Shown piece by piece: positions 39,917-51,730 of a stretch of 64,000 bases of DNA. The notes under the pieces are model-generated. The model had not been told where the DNA came from and made no database searches. It worked only from the letters and a program-made list of their open reading frames with translations. The stretch lies in assembly GCA_036170475.1 (NCBI GenBank), contig JAVHPE010000206.1, forward strand, positions 91,080 through 155,079. The letters run 5' to 3'. This DNA is from Bacteroidia bacterium. GTDB taxonomy: Bacteria > Bacteroidota > Bacteroidia > 2-12-FULL-35-15. Position 1 is the first letter of the stretch, and every line of letters starts with the position of its first letter. The translations under genes were made by a program, and so were the position numbers.

Positions 39917-40729
39917 TTATCTATATGCGTAGATACTGAGCAAGTTATCAAAATTATTGATGGTATCCAGTTTAATAAAGGGGGATTTATTTTTTACTGT
40001 GACGGATTCAATAAAATATCTGAAATTATTTTTAGTTAAAATACTTAAAATTGAATTCAAGCGCTGCGGAGTATTTACTACTGAGTGATACTCAATAAAT
40101 ATCCTTTGCACATTTTGTAGTAAGTCCTCACAATCATCCATTACGATTGATTCCGCCCCTTCAATATCAATTTTCAAAAAATCAACTTTTTTATTCAGAT
40201 ACGGTCTTAAACTCGTAATGTCAATTTCCACCATCTTCCCCGAAAATTTATTTTCATCATTTAATATACTACCACCATCAGCTCCTTCATCAATAAAATT
40301 CATTTTCCCTTCTTTATTCCAAAGTCCTTTATTTATTAAAGCGACATTTTTATAATTTCTAATCTTAACATTTCGTTCTAGAATTGAAAATATATTTTTA
40401 TCCGGTTCAAAAGCGATTATTTGTGCATCAGGATATAGTTTTTCAAAATACAAAATACTTACTCCAACATTTGCTCCACAATCGATAATAAATGGTTGAT
40501 TACTTTCAGATTTAAAATTATATATTTCCTTTTTAAAAATTTCTAAATATTGACTAATAAAAGAAGCTGAATCACTGATTTCGAAATTCAATCCAAATAA
40601 ATTTGACGCAGCTCTGTTGTACCTCTTAATTTTTTGAAGTCTGAGTATTTCTCGCCCTTCTTTGGAGAAAATATATATTAAATTTATTATTAATATTTTT
40701 AATCTGTCTATTTTTCTATTTTTTATCAT
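39917..40729 (-). CDS. FkbM-family methyltransferase
   Basis: IDCGANVGVS…FEPD…DFLKIDIEGAE (Methyltransf_21). Confidence 0.8.
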   Translation of the reverse strand: MIKNRKIDRLKILIINLIYIFSKEGREILRLQKIKRYNRAASNLFGLNFEISDSASFISQYLEIFKKEIYNFKSESNQPFIIDCGANVGVSILYFEKLYPDAQIIAFEPDKNIFSILERNVKIRNYKNVALINKGLWNKEGKMNFIDEGADGGSILNDENKFSGKMVEIDITSLRPYLNKKVDFLKIDIEGAESIVMDDCEDLLQNVQRIFIEYHSVVNTPQRLNSILSILTKNNFRYFIESVTVKNKSPFIKLDTINNFDNLLSIYAYR

Positions 40730-40763
40730 TTTTATAATTTATTCAAGTAAAAAAAGAATTCAA

Positions 40764-42140
40764 TTACTTTGCCCATATTCCTTTTGCTTTGTTATTTATT
40801 ATTTTATTATATTGAATAACAATCCAAATCATATTTATTGCACCTAATATTACACTTGATAAAATTACTCCAGATATTCCAATTTTTTTACCAAAATAAA
40901 TTGCCATAGGAACATTTAAAATCATACCCCAAATGCCCGAATAAAGTTGCAATCTTATTTTCCCAATCCCATTAATAAATTGACTGTATATCCCGTTCCA
41001 GGCATTTATTATTACATAAGCAGCCATGACAATAGAAACATTTAGTGGAATCTGTATTTCTTTGCCTATCCACATCTTGTAAATATAGTTTGAAAAAGTA
41101 AGCATAATAATTGTTACGGCACTCAGCAATACCCAAAACATTTTAAGTTTTTTTATTGAATTTTTTATCCATTGAATGTCTTTCTTTACCCATGCCTCCG
41201 TAAAGGCACTCCAAAAGGGTATCATTATAGTACCCATAACCATTGGAATAACACCGAAATATTTATATGCGATATTATAGGATGTTACCTGCGCGGGACC
41301 AAAAAGCTGAGCAATTATTATGTTACTTGATTGATACAAAACGATTACAGCAATTTGTATAATAAAAAATTTAAGGCCCAAACCCATAAGATCACGCGCA
41401 TAACCAAACTGTATAAATTTAATTGCAGGTGCATATCTTCGATATTCATGGGTATATAACCAAATGCTGGATATAGCCAATACTATAACCGGCATAAAAC
41501 CTAAAATCAATCCTAAATAGATTAAATTTCCTGAAGTAGTTTTTATGCAAATGTAAATTACTATTAATGAAAAAAGGCTTCCCAAAAAATTAAAAAGAGA
41601 AGCTATTGCAGGCTGTTGGTAAGCAGTAGTAACTGTTGTTACTAATTGCAAGACAAACTGTATGCAAAAAAAAACAAAAACAATCATGGCCAATAAACTT
41701 AACTCGCCAGCCATATCGTTAGGAGTGTTTAATATTTTTGACCAATTTAGGAAGGGGTTAATACAAAAAAACAATATTAAAAAGATAACAATGATAATGC
41801 TCAATATGGCATAAGTTGTACTCACGTAAACACGGGCTAATTCATGTTCTCCTTTTGCGACTGCTTCAGCAAATTTATTTCTCAATCCACTACCAAATCC
41901 AATATCAAAAAAAGACAACCATCCGATGATGGAACTTAATGTGAGCCATATTCCATACCTTGTTGGATTTATATAATGTATAGTAAGAGGTACTAAAACA
42001 AGACTTATCGCAATACTTAGACCTTTTATTAAAAAAGAAAATGTTATGTTTTGTTTGGCTTTAATGCTCCGCACGTTCCCCTGTGTGAAATAATTAATAA
42101 TAAATATTGGTAATAGATATTTGAGATAGCCCTTTATCAT
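40764..42140 (-). CDS. Wzx-type oligosaccharide flippase (polysaccharide biosynthesis protein)
   Basis: 458-aa protein with 12-14 TM helices and PST-family character. First gene of the minus-strand polysaccharide operon. Confidence 0.8.
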   Translation of the reverse strand: MIKGYLKYLLPIFIINYFTQGNVRSIKAKQNITFSFLIKGLSIAISLVLVPLTIHYINPTRYGIWLTLSSIIGWLSFFDIGFGSGLRNKFAEAVAKGEHELARVYVSTTYAILSIIIVIFLILFFCINPFLNWSKILNTPNDMAGELSLLAMIVFVFFCIQFVLQLVTTVTTAYQQPAIASLFNFLGSLFSLIVIYICIKTTSGNLIYLGLILGFMPVIVLAISSIWLYTHEYRRYAPAIKFIQFGYARDLMGLGLKFFIIQIAVIVLYQSSNIIIAQLFGPAQVTSYNIAYKYFGVIPMVMGTIMIPFWSAFTEAWVKKDIQWIKNSIKKLKMFWVLLSAVTIIMLTFSNYIYKMWIGKEIQIPLNVSIVMAAYVIINAWNGIYSQFINGIGKIRLQLYSGIWGMILNVPMAIYFGKKIGISGVILSSVILGAINMIWIVIQYNKIINNKAKGIWAK

Positions 42141-42206
42141 TTAACCATTTAAAATAATTCTACAAATAGTTTATTTAGTAGTACCCAAAGTTGCATCTAA
42201 AAAAAA

Positions 42207-42241
42207 GACTCTAAAGGTGTTGAAAACAGTTCTTTAGAGTT
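42207..42241. promoter_or_regulatory. Hairpin in the 5' leader/promoter region of the polysaccharide operon
   Basis: gactctaaag…ctttagagt (9/10-bp stem, 15-nt loop), flanked by an A8 run and a T-rich tract. Confidence 0.3.
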
Positions 42242-42431
42242 CCTCTTTTATTACCCCAAAGGTAAACATCAGGGTTCTAGGTTTTCAGCAAGGAAACCTG
42301 TGGACAAAGATACACAATCCGATAAAAATAGTACACCTTTCGAGGGATTAAATTTTATCCATCAATCGTTGAGTTTTAAGGGGCTGTGTAAGTTAATGGA
42401 GTAGGGGAGCTTAAAAAAGTGTCAACTTAAA

Positions 42432-42479
42432 GCAATACATAACAATTCTTCTTCCGAAAGAAAAACAGTTATGTATTGC
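42432..42479 (-). terminator. Putative terminator of eno
   Basis: 12-bp perfect stem gcaatacataac/gttatgtattgc, 12 nt downstream of the eno stop codon. Confidence 0.45.
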
Positions 42480-42490
42480 AGGTTTGAGAA

Positions 42491-43810
<1,320 letters not shown>

Positions 43811-43923
43811 TTACTATTAATTATCGGGTTCAAAAGTAGAAATAAAAGCTAAAAGCAGAATTGTTTTTATTAACAATAAACCTATTTTTAGTTGATATAT
43901 TTAGCAGTTATTTGTCTCTTTGA

Positions 43924-45198
43924 ATGTACACATTTTGTATATTGCCCGAAATAATAAATACTATGATTCTAAACTATATCTGGATTGCTTTTTTTGTGAT
44001 TGCCTTTGTAGTAGCTCTTTTAAAGCTGATAGTTACAGGCGATACCGAAATTTTTAAAACACTGGTTGACGCGACATTTAGTTCATCCAAAATGGCAGTG
44101 ATGGATATTTCCTTGCCTTTGGCTGGAGTAATGACCTTATGGCTGGGGATTATGAACATTGGTGAAAAGGCAGGAGCCATTAATTTTTTATCTCGTATTG
44201 TGGGACCATTTTTTAATCAACTTTTTCCCGGTATTCCGAAAAATCATCCGGCTAACGGACAAATAATGATGAACTTTTCCGCCAATATGTTAGGTTTGGG
44301 AAATGCCGCGACGCCACTTGGGTTAAAGGCAATGGACAGTATGCAGGCATTAAACACAAATAAAGAAACAGCTTCCAATGCGCAAATAATGTTTCTGGTA
44401 TTAAATACCGGAGGGTTTACAATTATTCCTGTTTCTATTCTTGCGCTTCGTGCTATCAATCACGCAGCCAGCCCTTCGGATGTATTTATTCCTATTTTAA
44501 TTGCAACGTATTGTTCCACATTAATAGGACTTTTAATAGTCGCTTTTTGGCAAAGAATAAATTTGTTTAATCGTATTGTGATGTCTTGGTTATTGGGGAT
44601 TACCACTTTAGTAGTCGGAATTGTTTGGTATTTCAGCACCTTAGAACATGAGCAAATTGCATCCATTTCAAAAATTGCGGCTAACCTGATTTTATTTTCC
44701 ATCATCATTGCTTTTATTCTGGGAGCTTTACGTAAAAGAGTAAACGTGTATAACGCCTTTATTGAAGGGGCAAAAGGTGGTTTTGAAACATCAATAAAAA
44801 TTATTCCATACCTGGTCGCAATGCTGGTAGGTATCGCGGTATTCAGGGCTTCGGGAGCGATGGATTATCTGGTGTCCGGCATCGGCTATATCATTAGTGT
44901 CTTGGGGCTTAACACAGATTTTGTACCGGCATTACCCGTTGCATTTATGAAACCATTGAGCGGTAGCGGATCACAGGCGATGATGATTAATATGATGACT
45001 GTGCATGGTCCTGATTCTTTTGTAGGACGGCTATCCTGTGTATTTCAGGGAGCGGCGGATACTACTTTTTATATTGTAGCCTTGTACTTTGGATCGGTGG
45101 GAATAAAGAACACTCGTTACGCTGTAACTGCTGGTTTATTAGCTGATTTAGCAGGAATGATTGCGGCAATTTTTATTTCGTATTTGTTTTTTCATTGA
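43924..45198 (+). CDS. Nucleoside-recognition (Gate) domain membrane protein, SpmA/SpmB-like fusion
   Basis: Two Gate-domain halves (…LGLGNAATPLGLKAM…, …MKPLSGSGSQAMM…). The true start may be the internal Met at 43963. Confidence 0.65.
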   Translation: MYTFCILPEIINTMILNYIWIAFFVIAFVVALLKLIVTGDTEIFKTLVDATFSSSKMAVMDISLPLAGVMTLWLGIMNIGEKAGAINFLSRIVGPFFNQLFPGIPKNHPANGQIMMNFSANMLGLGNAATPLGLKAMDSMQALNTNKETASNAQIMFLVLNTGGFTIIPVSILALRAINHAASPSDVFIPILIATYCSTLIGLLIVAFWQRINLFNRIVMSWLLGITTLVVGIVWYFSTLEHEQIASISKIAANLILFSIIIAFILGALRKRVNVYNAFIEGAKGGFETSIKIIPYLVAMLVGIAVFRASGAMDYLVSGIGYIISVLGLNTDFVPALPVAFMKPLSGSGSQAMMINMMTVHGPDSFVGRLSCVFQGAADTTFYIVALYFGSVGIKNTRYAVTAGLLADLAGMIAAIFISYLFFH

Positions 45199-45213
45199 TA
45201 TTTCAGGCTGTGT

Positions 45214-46242
45214 TTATTTTTTTCTGTGACGCATATAAAGTTGTTGTCCGGCAACAGGTTCCTCCCATTTTCTCATATTATTTTTTCGGTAAAGTAATTT
45301 CAATTTTATTCCATAGCGTTGCGAAATAGATTTCATGGTTTCTCCTTTTTTTACAATGTGAAAAGGCTCTTTTGCTTTTCTTAGTTTCGATTGAAGGTAT
45401 AATTTTTGTCCGGGAACTAATATATCTTCCGCCGACAAATCATTGAATTTATAAAGTTGCCAAAGGTCTTTATCTGTTTCATTGGCAATTTTAGAAAACG
45501 TATCGTTTGGTTTAATAATAATATATTTAAGTATCCCTAAGCGTAGAATTTCCCTTGGTTCAGTTTTTTCAATTACTGCTTCAGTTTTTTTTTCGATTAA
45601 CTGTACCTGTTGACCGGAAGATTCTTTTGAGTGAGATTCTTTCTTTAACCCCTCTCTTTTAGAGCGTTTTGATTGTTTTTTTGTTACTTCATATTTTACT
45701 TTTTCGGGTTGTTGATCCGAAAGGTCATACTTAAATAATTCGTAGCCTTCAATTAATTCAAGCAAACGTTGTACATATTTTGGATCTGTCGCGTAACCAG
45801 CTTCTTTCAAGCCCTTTGCCCATCCCTTATAATCGGTGTGATTAAGTTCGAACAATGCAGCATAACGGGCACGGGACTTCAAAAATAAAGAGTGATCAGT
45901 ATAGGAGTCCAACACCGTAGGATATTTTCTAAAACATTCATCTTTAGCGTCATCGGTTTTTATAAAGGTAGGACCTTCCCATTCTTCATGGCACTTAATC
46001 CCAAAATGATTATTGGCATATATCGCTAAATCACTTGTCCCGTATGCACTTTCAAGCATTCCTTGAGCCAGGGTAATACTCGCCGGAATATTATACTGCA
46101 ACATTTCTTTAATGGCATCGTTTTTGAAATTCTGAATATATAGTTTCCCCGCCCCAAGCAATTTGGTATTCCCTGCAAAGGTCGGGTGCTGAACTATTAG
46201 ACACAATAAACCTATTTTAAGATAGTTACGCATTTCATCCAA
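45214..46242 (-). CDS. Peptidoglycan hydrolase: mannosyl-glycoprotein endo-beta-N-acetylglucosaminidase domain + 2 LysM domains
   Basis: FlgJ-like glucosaminidase core (ITLAQGMLESAYGTS…NNHFGIK). C-terminal LysM repeats (YIIKPNDTFSKIA…; HIVKKGETMKSISQRYG…). Confidence 0.8.
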   Translation of the reverse strand: MDEMRNYLKIGLLCLIVQHPTFAGNTKLLGAGKLYIQNFKNDAIKEMLQYNIPASITLAQGMLESAYGTSDLAIYANNHFGIKCHEEWEGPTFIKTDDAKDECFRKYPTVLDSYTDHSLFLKSRARYAALFELNHTDYKGWAKGLKEAGYATDPKYVQRLLELIEGYELFKYDLSDQQPEKVKYEVTKKQSKRSKREGLKKESHSKESSGQQVQLIEKKTEAVIEKTEPREILRLGILKYIIIKPNDTFSKIANETDKDLWQLYKFNDLSAEDILVPGQKLYLQSKLRKAKEPFHIVKKGETMKSISQRYGIKLKLLYRKNNMRKWEEPVAGQQLYMRHRKK

Positions 46243-46526
46243 AAGTAATTATAAAAAAATCAGACTTTTAAACTCAAAAAAGTTTTTTCTAACAAATCAT
46301 TGTTAATTCAAGTCGATGACAAGGTTGTGCTGTCTAAAATAAATTATCAAGAATTAAGGATATGACAAAATCAGACAAATCACAATAATAAACAACGATA
46401 AGCAGCCTGCACAAAATATAATCAACAATAAAATATTTTTTTGTCGGTGCGGGAAAAAGAATTTTCCTTAAATTTCGAGTGGTTAAAAAGTGTAGATTTA
46501 ACTGTTTCCATTTAACGTATTTCCAA

Positions 46527-48914
46527 ATGAAAAAACTAAAAAAAATTCTTTTTGTTATTTTATCATTGATAATGATTCTTGCAATCGTATGGATTGGGTA
46601 TTGTTTTTACCTAAAACCCACTTATGAAGGAGAGCAGGATCTAAAAAACATTCAAAAAGAAACTGTCGTTTATTTTGATGATTATGGGATTCCGCATATT
46701 TATGCCAATTCTCAGAAAGATGCTATGACCGTTTTGGGATATGTTCAGGCACAGGACCGTTTATGGCAAATGGAATTGTTGAGGCACATTGCTCCTGGTA
46801 GATTATCGGAAATGTTTGGTTCGAAATTATTAAAAACCGACAAGTTTTTTGCAGGTTTGGGAATAAATGAAAATTCTGAAAAAGCAATCCTCAAATTAGA
46901 TAAAACTTCAGATACTTATCAACTTACAATGGCTTATATTGATGGAATAAATCAATATATGGAAGAAGGGAAAACGCCGATTGAATTTACACTATTAGGA
47001 ATTAAAAAAGATAAATTTACTTTAAAAGATGTCTACAATATTTTTGGTTATATGTCCTTTAGTTTTGCTATGGCTCCAAAGAATGATCCCTTAATGTCTG
47101 ATATTCGGGATAAATTAGGCAAGGATTATTTAAAGGACTTTGGGCTGGATGGTTCATTGGGTACTACGCAAATCAAAAATTTTAATGGCAGAGCTATTGA
47201 GTATGCCGAAATATCCAAGTCTTTAGCCAGTTTACTTGATAATTCACCTGTTCCTCCATTTATTGGAAGTAACAGTTGGGTAATTGCATCGAAAAAAACT
47301 AAAAAGGGCAAAGTTATTTTTGCCAATGATCCACATATTGGTTTTTCTCAACCCTGCATCTGGTACGAAGCCCACATAGTGGTGCCTGATTTTGAAATTT
47401 ATGGTTATTATCTGGCTGGAGCTCCATTTCCGCTGCTGGCACATAACCATGAGTATGCTTATGGATTAACTATGTTCGAAAATGATGATGTTGATTTGTT
47501 TCAGGAAAAAGAAAATCCAAACAATAAAGGCCAGTACAAAACTTTAAATGGATTTCAGGATTATAAAATCCGCAAAGAAACCATCAAAGTGAAAGACAGT
47601 TCAGACGTGGTTTTAGAAGTAAGAGAAACCCAACATGGACCTGTGATGAATGACTTATTGGATGGCATTAAAAGCGACAAACCCATTGCTATGTATTGGA
47701 CATATACTCAACAAAACAATCAGATACTGGAAGCCCTTTATTCGCTTTCACATGCTAAAAACCTGACTGATTTCCGAAAAGGAGTTTCCCTGATTGCCGC
47801 CCCCGGATTAAACATAATGTATGGCGATGCCAAAGGAAATATCGCCTGGAATACATCCGGGAAATTATATAAATTGGACACCTTGGTTAATCCAAATTTT
47901 ATTTTAAGCGGAACCAATGGCAGCGATGACCATAAAGAGTTTCTGGCTTTTTCCAAAAATCCTCATTCCATCAATCCAAACTGGAATTATATTTACTCAG
48001 CTAATAATCAACCCGAAGCTGTTGATGATTATTTATATCCCGGATATTATCTTCCGGAAGATCGTGCAAAAAGAATTTCGGGTTTATTGGAACCCAAAAA
48101 TGATTGGACAAAGGATGGGGTGGCTCAAATGATAAATGACAATACTTCATCGGTTGCGTCAACTGTTGTAAACAATTTAGTTGGCATGATTGAATTGGAC
48201 TCCCTTTCAACCAATGAAAATCAAGCCCTTTCTATTCTCGAAAAATGGAATGGTTCCAATGATTTAAAAGATATTGCACCAACAATTTATAATAAGTTAA
48301 TTTATAATTATTTAAAAAATACTTTTGAAGACGAGTTGGGAGAAGCAAATTTTAAAATGCTTTTAAGCACCCACATCATCAAGCAAGTGATTAATGCACA
48401 AAGCAAAAACAAAAACTCGGTTTGGTGGGATGACATTAAAACCGAAAATAAAAAAGAAACCAGAACTGAAATTATTAATAAATCATTTCATGCAGCAATT
48501 TCAGAGCTTGAAAAACAATTGGGGGCTGATGTAAATTCCTGGACTTGGAAAAGAGTGCACTCTCTTGAACACCAACATCCTTTAGGAAAAGTAGCTGCTT
48601 TGAGGAAAATTTTTAATGTTGGACCTTATGACATTGCGGGTTCAAATGAGGTCATCAATAATCAAATGTTTGATTTTGCAGATAACGGGAAGTATATTGT
48701 AAAAGCAGGACCTTCAACAAGGAGGGTAATCGATTTTTCGGATATAGAAAACAGTATAAGTATATTGCCTACAGGACAATCAGGAAACCCATTTAGTAAA
48801 TATTATAACGATCAGGCTGTAATGTATAATGCAGGGAAGTTTAGAAAAATGAAACTGAATAAAGAAGAAATTATCAAGACATCAACACAATTGATTTTCA
48901 AGCCGGTTAATTAG
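46527..48914 (+). CDS. Penicillin acylase-family Ntn hydrolase (penicillin amidase / acyl-homoserine-lactone acylase-like)
   Basis: Signal anchor and alpha/beta subunit architecture. The GSNSWV motif supplies the catalytic N-terminal Ser of the beta subunit. The ORF track begins at a GTG at 46479; the ATG at 46527 precedes the signal peptide. Confidence 0.85.
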   Translation: MKKLKKILFVILSLIMILAIVWIGYCFYLKPTYEGEQDLKNIQKETVVYFDDYGIPHIYANSQKDAMTVLGYVQAQDRLWQMELLRHIAPGRLSEMFGSKLLKTDKFFAGLGINENSEKAILKLDKTSDTYQLTMAYIDGINQYMEEGKTPIEFTLLGIKKDKFTLKDVYNIFGYMSFSFAMAPKNDPLMSDIRDKLGKDYLKDFGLDGSLGTTQIKNFNGRAIEYAEISKSLASLLDNSPVPPFIGSNSWVIASKKTKKGKVIFANDPHIGFSQPCIWYEAHIVVPDFEIYGYYLAGAPFPLLAHNHEYAYGLTMFENDDVDLFQEKENPNNKGQYKTLNGFQDYKIRKETIKVKDSSDVVLEVRETQHGPVMNDLLDGIKSDKPIAMYWTYTQQNNQILEALYSLSHAKNLTDFRKGVSLIAAPGLNIMYGDAKGNIAWNTSGKLYKLDTLVNPNFILSGTNGSDDHKEFLAFSKNPHSINPNWNYIYSANNQPEAVDDYLYPGYYLPEDRAKRISGLLEPKNDWTKDGVAQMINDNTSSVASTVVNNLVGMIELDSLSTNENQALSILEKWNGSNDLKDIAPTIYNKLIYNYLKNTFEDELGEANFKMLLSTHIIKQVINAQSKNKNSVWWDDIKTENKKETRTEIINKSFHAAISELEKQLGADVNSWTWKRVHSLEHQHPLGKVAALRKIFNVGPYDIAGSNEVINNQMFDFADNGKYIVKAGPSTRRVIDFSDIENSISILPTGQSGNPFSKYYNDQAVMYNAGKFRKMKLNKEEIIKTSTQLIFKPVN

Positions 48915-48988
48915 ATATTTATTAATCTTTCAGGATTTCAAACAATGAAAATTTAGGTTTTATTTTTCCTGATACACTATTCTTCTGT

Positions 48989-49609
48989 TTACAAAAGCAT
49001 AGTATATTGCCCATTTTCATCTTTTTTAAATCCCAGTTTCTTAAAATATTTATCATTTCTCAAATTATTTCTGTCCGCTCTGACTGTAGTATATCCGGCA
49101 GCAATAAAATTTTCTCGTAGGCTATAATAAACATACCTTCCGTTTTTAAAGTCACAATACTCTGGAATAACGTAATCCAGTCCAACTGTAAGGACATTAT
49201 CAGCTTCCCTGTGGGCAAGGAATAATCCGGCAACCGACATATTTCTCAAAATAAAAAAACTAACCGAATTCATATCGGGATTATAAGAAAAGCCCGGACA
49301 AATTTTCTGAATCTCATCATTATGAAATTCTACAAATCTTAAAAGATATTCACTTCCCGCTTTTATTTCCAGCGTCTCAAATACTTCCTTTTTTGAATAG
49401 ATGGTAAATAAGTAATAAATATCGATCATTACAATCGTCCCATTAAGAATGCAAACCGGAATGGCATGAATCAAAAACCCGTAAGTAGAAAATGAGATTG
49501 CACCTACCAGGTTAATCCACCTGAACTTGACAATGGAACTCATTGTCATAGATGTTAAAATAATTAATGAAGCAACATAACCAACATATTGCAAATGACC
49601 TAAATTCAT
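48989..49609 (-). CDS. Hypothetical membrane protein (3 N-terminal TM helices + soluble C-terminal domain)
   Basis: ORF with an N-terminal YgjV-like TM bundle. No firm family. Confidence 0.4.
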   Translation of the reverse strand: MNLGHLQYVGYVASLIILTSMTMSSIVKFRWINLVGAISFSTYGFLIHAIPVCILNGTIVMIDIYYLFTIYSKKEVFETLEIKAGSEYLLRFVEFHNDEIQKICPGFSYNPDMNSVSFFILRNMSVAGLFLAHREADNVLTVGLDYVIPEYCDFKNGRYVYYSLRENFIAAGYTTVRADRNNLRNDKYFKKLGFKKDENGQYTMLL

Positions 49610-49639
49610 AAATTTTTTTTGTTATAAGCAAGATACTTC

Positions 49640-51310
49640 TTAATCAATAATTATTTTCCGCGAAAGTATTTTCTCCTTCAAAATAAATCGAACAAAATAA
49701 ACACCCTTTGCCTGAGCAGAAAGATCAATGGTATTATTAATATTAGAATTTGAAACTATTTTTTCTCCCATCACATTATAGATCTCAATTTCTGCATTTG
49801 CTAATTCATCATTGATAGAAAAAATTCCATTAGATGATGGATTAGGAAATAAATTTAATGTTATATCGGAAGTGGATGATGCATCTTGCATCCCTGTGGT
49901 CATATCCAATTTTGCATAAAACACATCCTCCCCACAGCCTTTATAAATAGTGTTGGTTCCAAAGCTAACCAAGCCGCTATTGAACACTCCTCCAAGATAA
50001 ATAGCGCTAGATGTAGTAGAACTTGCAATGCCATTGCCAATTTCATCGGCAGAGTTTCCAACTTCCAATGACCAGAGCGAATTGCCGGTGTTACTATAAC
50101 TTGCAACGAAAAGATCTTTAGTGCCGGATGCAAAATTGGTAAGCGTACCGGTTCCGAAAGAAATGTTAGTGCTGATGAAAGAACCGGAGATATATACATT
50201 GCCCGAAGCATCTGCACATATACACTTTCCCTGATCAGCATCTATCCCGCCAGCTCTTTCTGACCAATTCGCTGTTCCGGTGGATGAATAACCAGCAAGA
50301 AAAATATCGCTTGTTCCTGCGCTTGCGTTGGTCAATGCTGCTGTACTCCCAAATGTTACGGTGGGACTGCTGAAGGCACCGGTGAGATAAACATTATTTC
50401 CGGAGAGAGCTATTCCATTTCCCATTTCATCATTAATTCCACCCACACAAGCAGACCATAATGAAACACCTAATGGATCATATTTTGTGATGTACAGATC
50501 ATTCGTACCTGTACCAGCATTGTTAAGAGCGCCTGTACCAAAATTTATGGAGGCGCTTACAAAATTTCCAGTAACATAAGTATTTCCTGATGCATCGGTA
50601 GTACAAGCATTACCTGCATCGTTATTAGTACCACCAATTGTTTTTGACCAAAGAGCAGTTCCATTTGAATCGTATTTAACAAGAAAAATATCGTTGGTCG
50701 CGGAACCCGCATTGGTAAGAACTCCAGTCTCGAAATTAATTGTCGGACTGCTATACCATCCGGTAACAAAAATATTTGAGTTGGTATCAGTACTGACACC
50801 ATAGCCACGATCGTTGATTGTTCCTCCCGCACTTTTTGCCCAAATCAGATTTCCGGATGAATCGAATTTAGCAATAAAAAGATCGCTGCTTGTTGTTCCC
50901 GCATTATTCAAAACGGTTGAATCGAAGGAAATGCTTGCACTTGCAAACCAACCGGTTAAAATAATATTTCCTAAAGCATCTACTGCAACACTGTTTCCCT
51001 GATCACCATCAACACCGCCAAAGGTCTTTGCCCAAAGCACAGTACCTGATGGATCTATTTTAACTAGGAATATATCGGAGGTTCCCGAAAAACTATTGAG
51101 CAATGAAAATGTACCGAAGTTGATGAAAGCAGACGTATATGGACCGGTAATGTATGCGTTTCCGTTCGCATCAACAGCAACTGAAGTTGCCGATTCATAA
51201 CCGTGATCGCCTGCATGATAAGCCCATTGCCAGGTTTGCGTTTGCGCGAAAAGTGCGGAAGAACCAAATAAAAGAAAAAGAGTCAAAAACTTAAAGTAGG
51301 ATTTCTTCAT
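49640..51310 (-). CDS. Secreted SBBP-repeat beta-propeller protein with T9SS C-terminal sorting domain
   Basis: Signal peptide and about 9 repeats of D(A/T)xGN(x)Y(I/V)TG…S…I(N/S)FG (SBBP/beta-propeller repeat). C-terminus is CTD-like (LFPNPSSNGIFSI…GVYFVRF…KIII). Confidence 0.7.
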   Translation of the reverse strand: MKKSYFKFLTLFLLFGSSALFAQTQTWQWAYHAGDHGYESATSVAVDANGNAYITGPYTSAFINFGTFSLLNSFSGTSDIFLVKIDPSGTVLWAKTFGGVDGDQGNSVAVDALGNIILTGWFASASISFDSTVLNNAGTTSSDLFIAKFDSSGNLIWAKSAGGTINDRGYGVSTDTNSNIFVTGWYSSPTINFETGVLTNAGSATNDIFLVKYDSNGTALWSKTIGGTNNDAGNACTTDASGNTYVTGNFVSASINFGTGALNNAGTGTNDLYITKYDPLGVSLWSACVGGINDEMGNGIALSGNNVYLTGAFSSPTVTFGSTAALTNASAGTSDIFLAGYSSTGTANWSERAGGIDADQGKCICADASGNVYISGSFISTNISFGTGTLTNFASGTKDLFVASYSNTGNSLWSLEVGNSADEIGNGIASSTTSSAIYLGGVFNSGLVSFGTNTIYKGCGEDVFYAKLDMTTGMQDASSTSDITLNLFPNPSSNGIFSINDELANAEIEIYNVMGEKIVSNSNINNTIDLSAQAKGVYFVRFILKEKILSRKIIID

Positions 51311-51347
51311 GCGTTTGTTTTTTTATTGTGGAATTAAAGGTACTAAT

Positions 51348-51728
51348 TTATTGGAGTTTTATATCCATCTTGAGTTTCTCCTTTTTATTCTTTATGTTTA
51401 CACTATATCCTTCAGTTACATATTTTAATCCATGCTCATCGGTAAATTCGGCAGAGATAAAATAATCTCCTTTTCTTAATCCGTCAAAGTGATAGGTACC
51501 ATCCACATTGGCAACTATGGATTGATCATAATCCGAATTATGGGTAGTTGTTCCATATACAATATGTACCGTTGCGGCATTTGCTATTTCAAAAACACCT
51601 GTTACACCATTCTTATAAGTTACCGTTCCGGTAATTGTTTTTTTGCCACCTAAGCCTGCTTCCTTTTTACAAGCAGGAAATAACAGCATTAGAAAGAGGA
51701 AGGCGATAGAAATATTTTTTATGTTCAT
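51348..51728 (-). CDS. Small lipoprotein
   Basis: Lipobox LLFPAC, followed by a beta-sandwich-like sequence. Confidence 0.5.
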   Translation of the reverse strand: MNIKNISIAFLFLMLLFPACKKEAGLGGKKTITGTVTYKNGVTGVFEIANAATVHIVYGTTTHNSDYDQSIVANVDGTYHFDGLRKGDYFISAEFTDEHGLKYVTEGYSVNIKNKKEKLKMDIKLQ

Positions 51729-51730
51729 GA

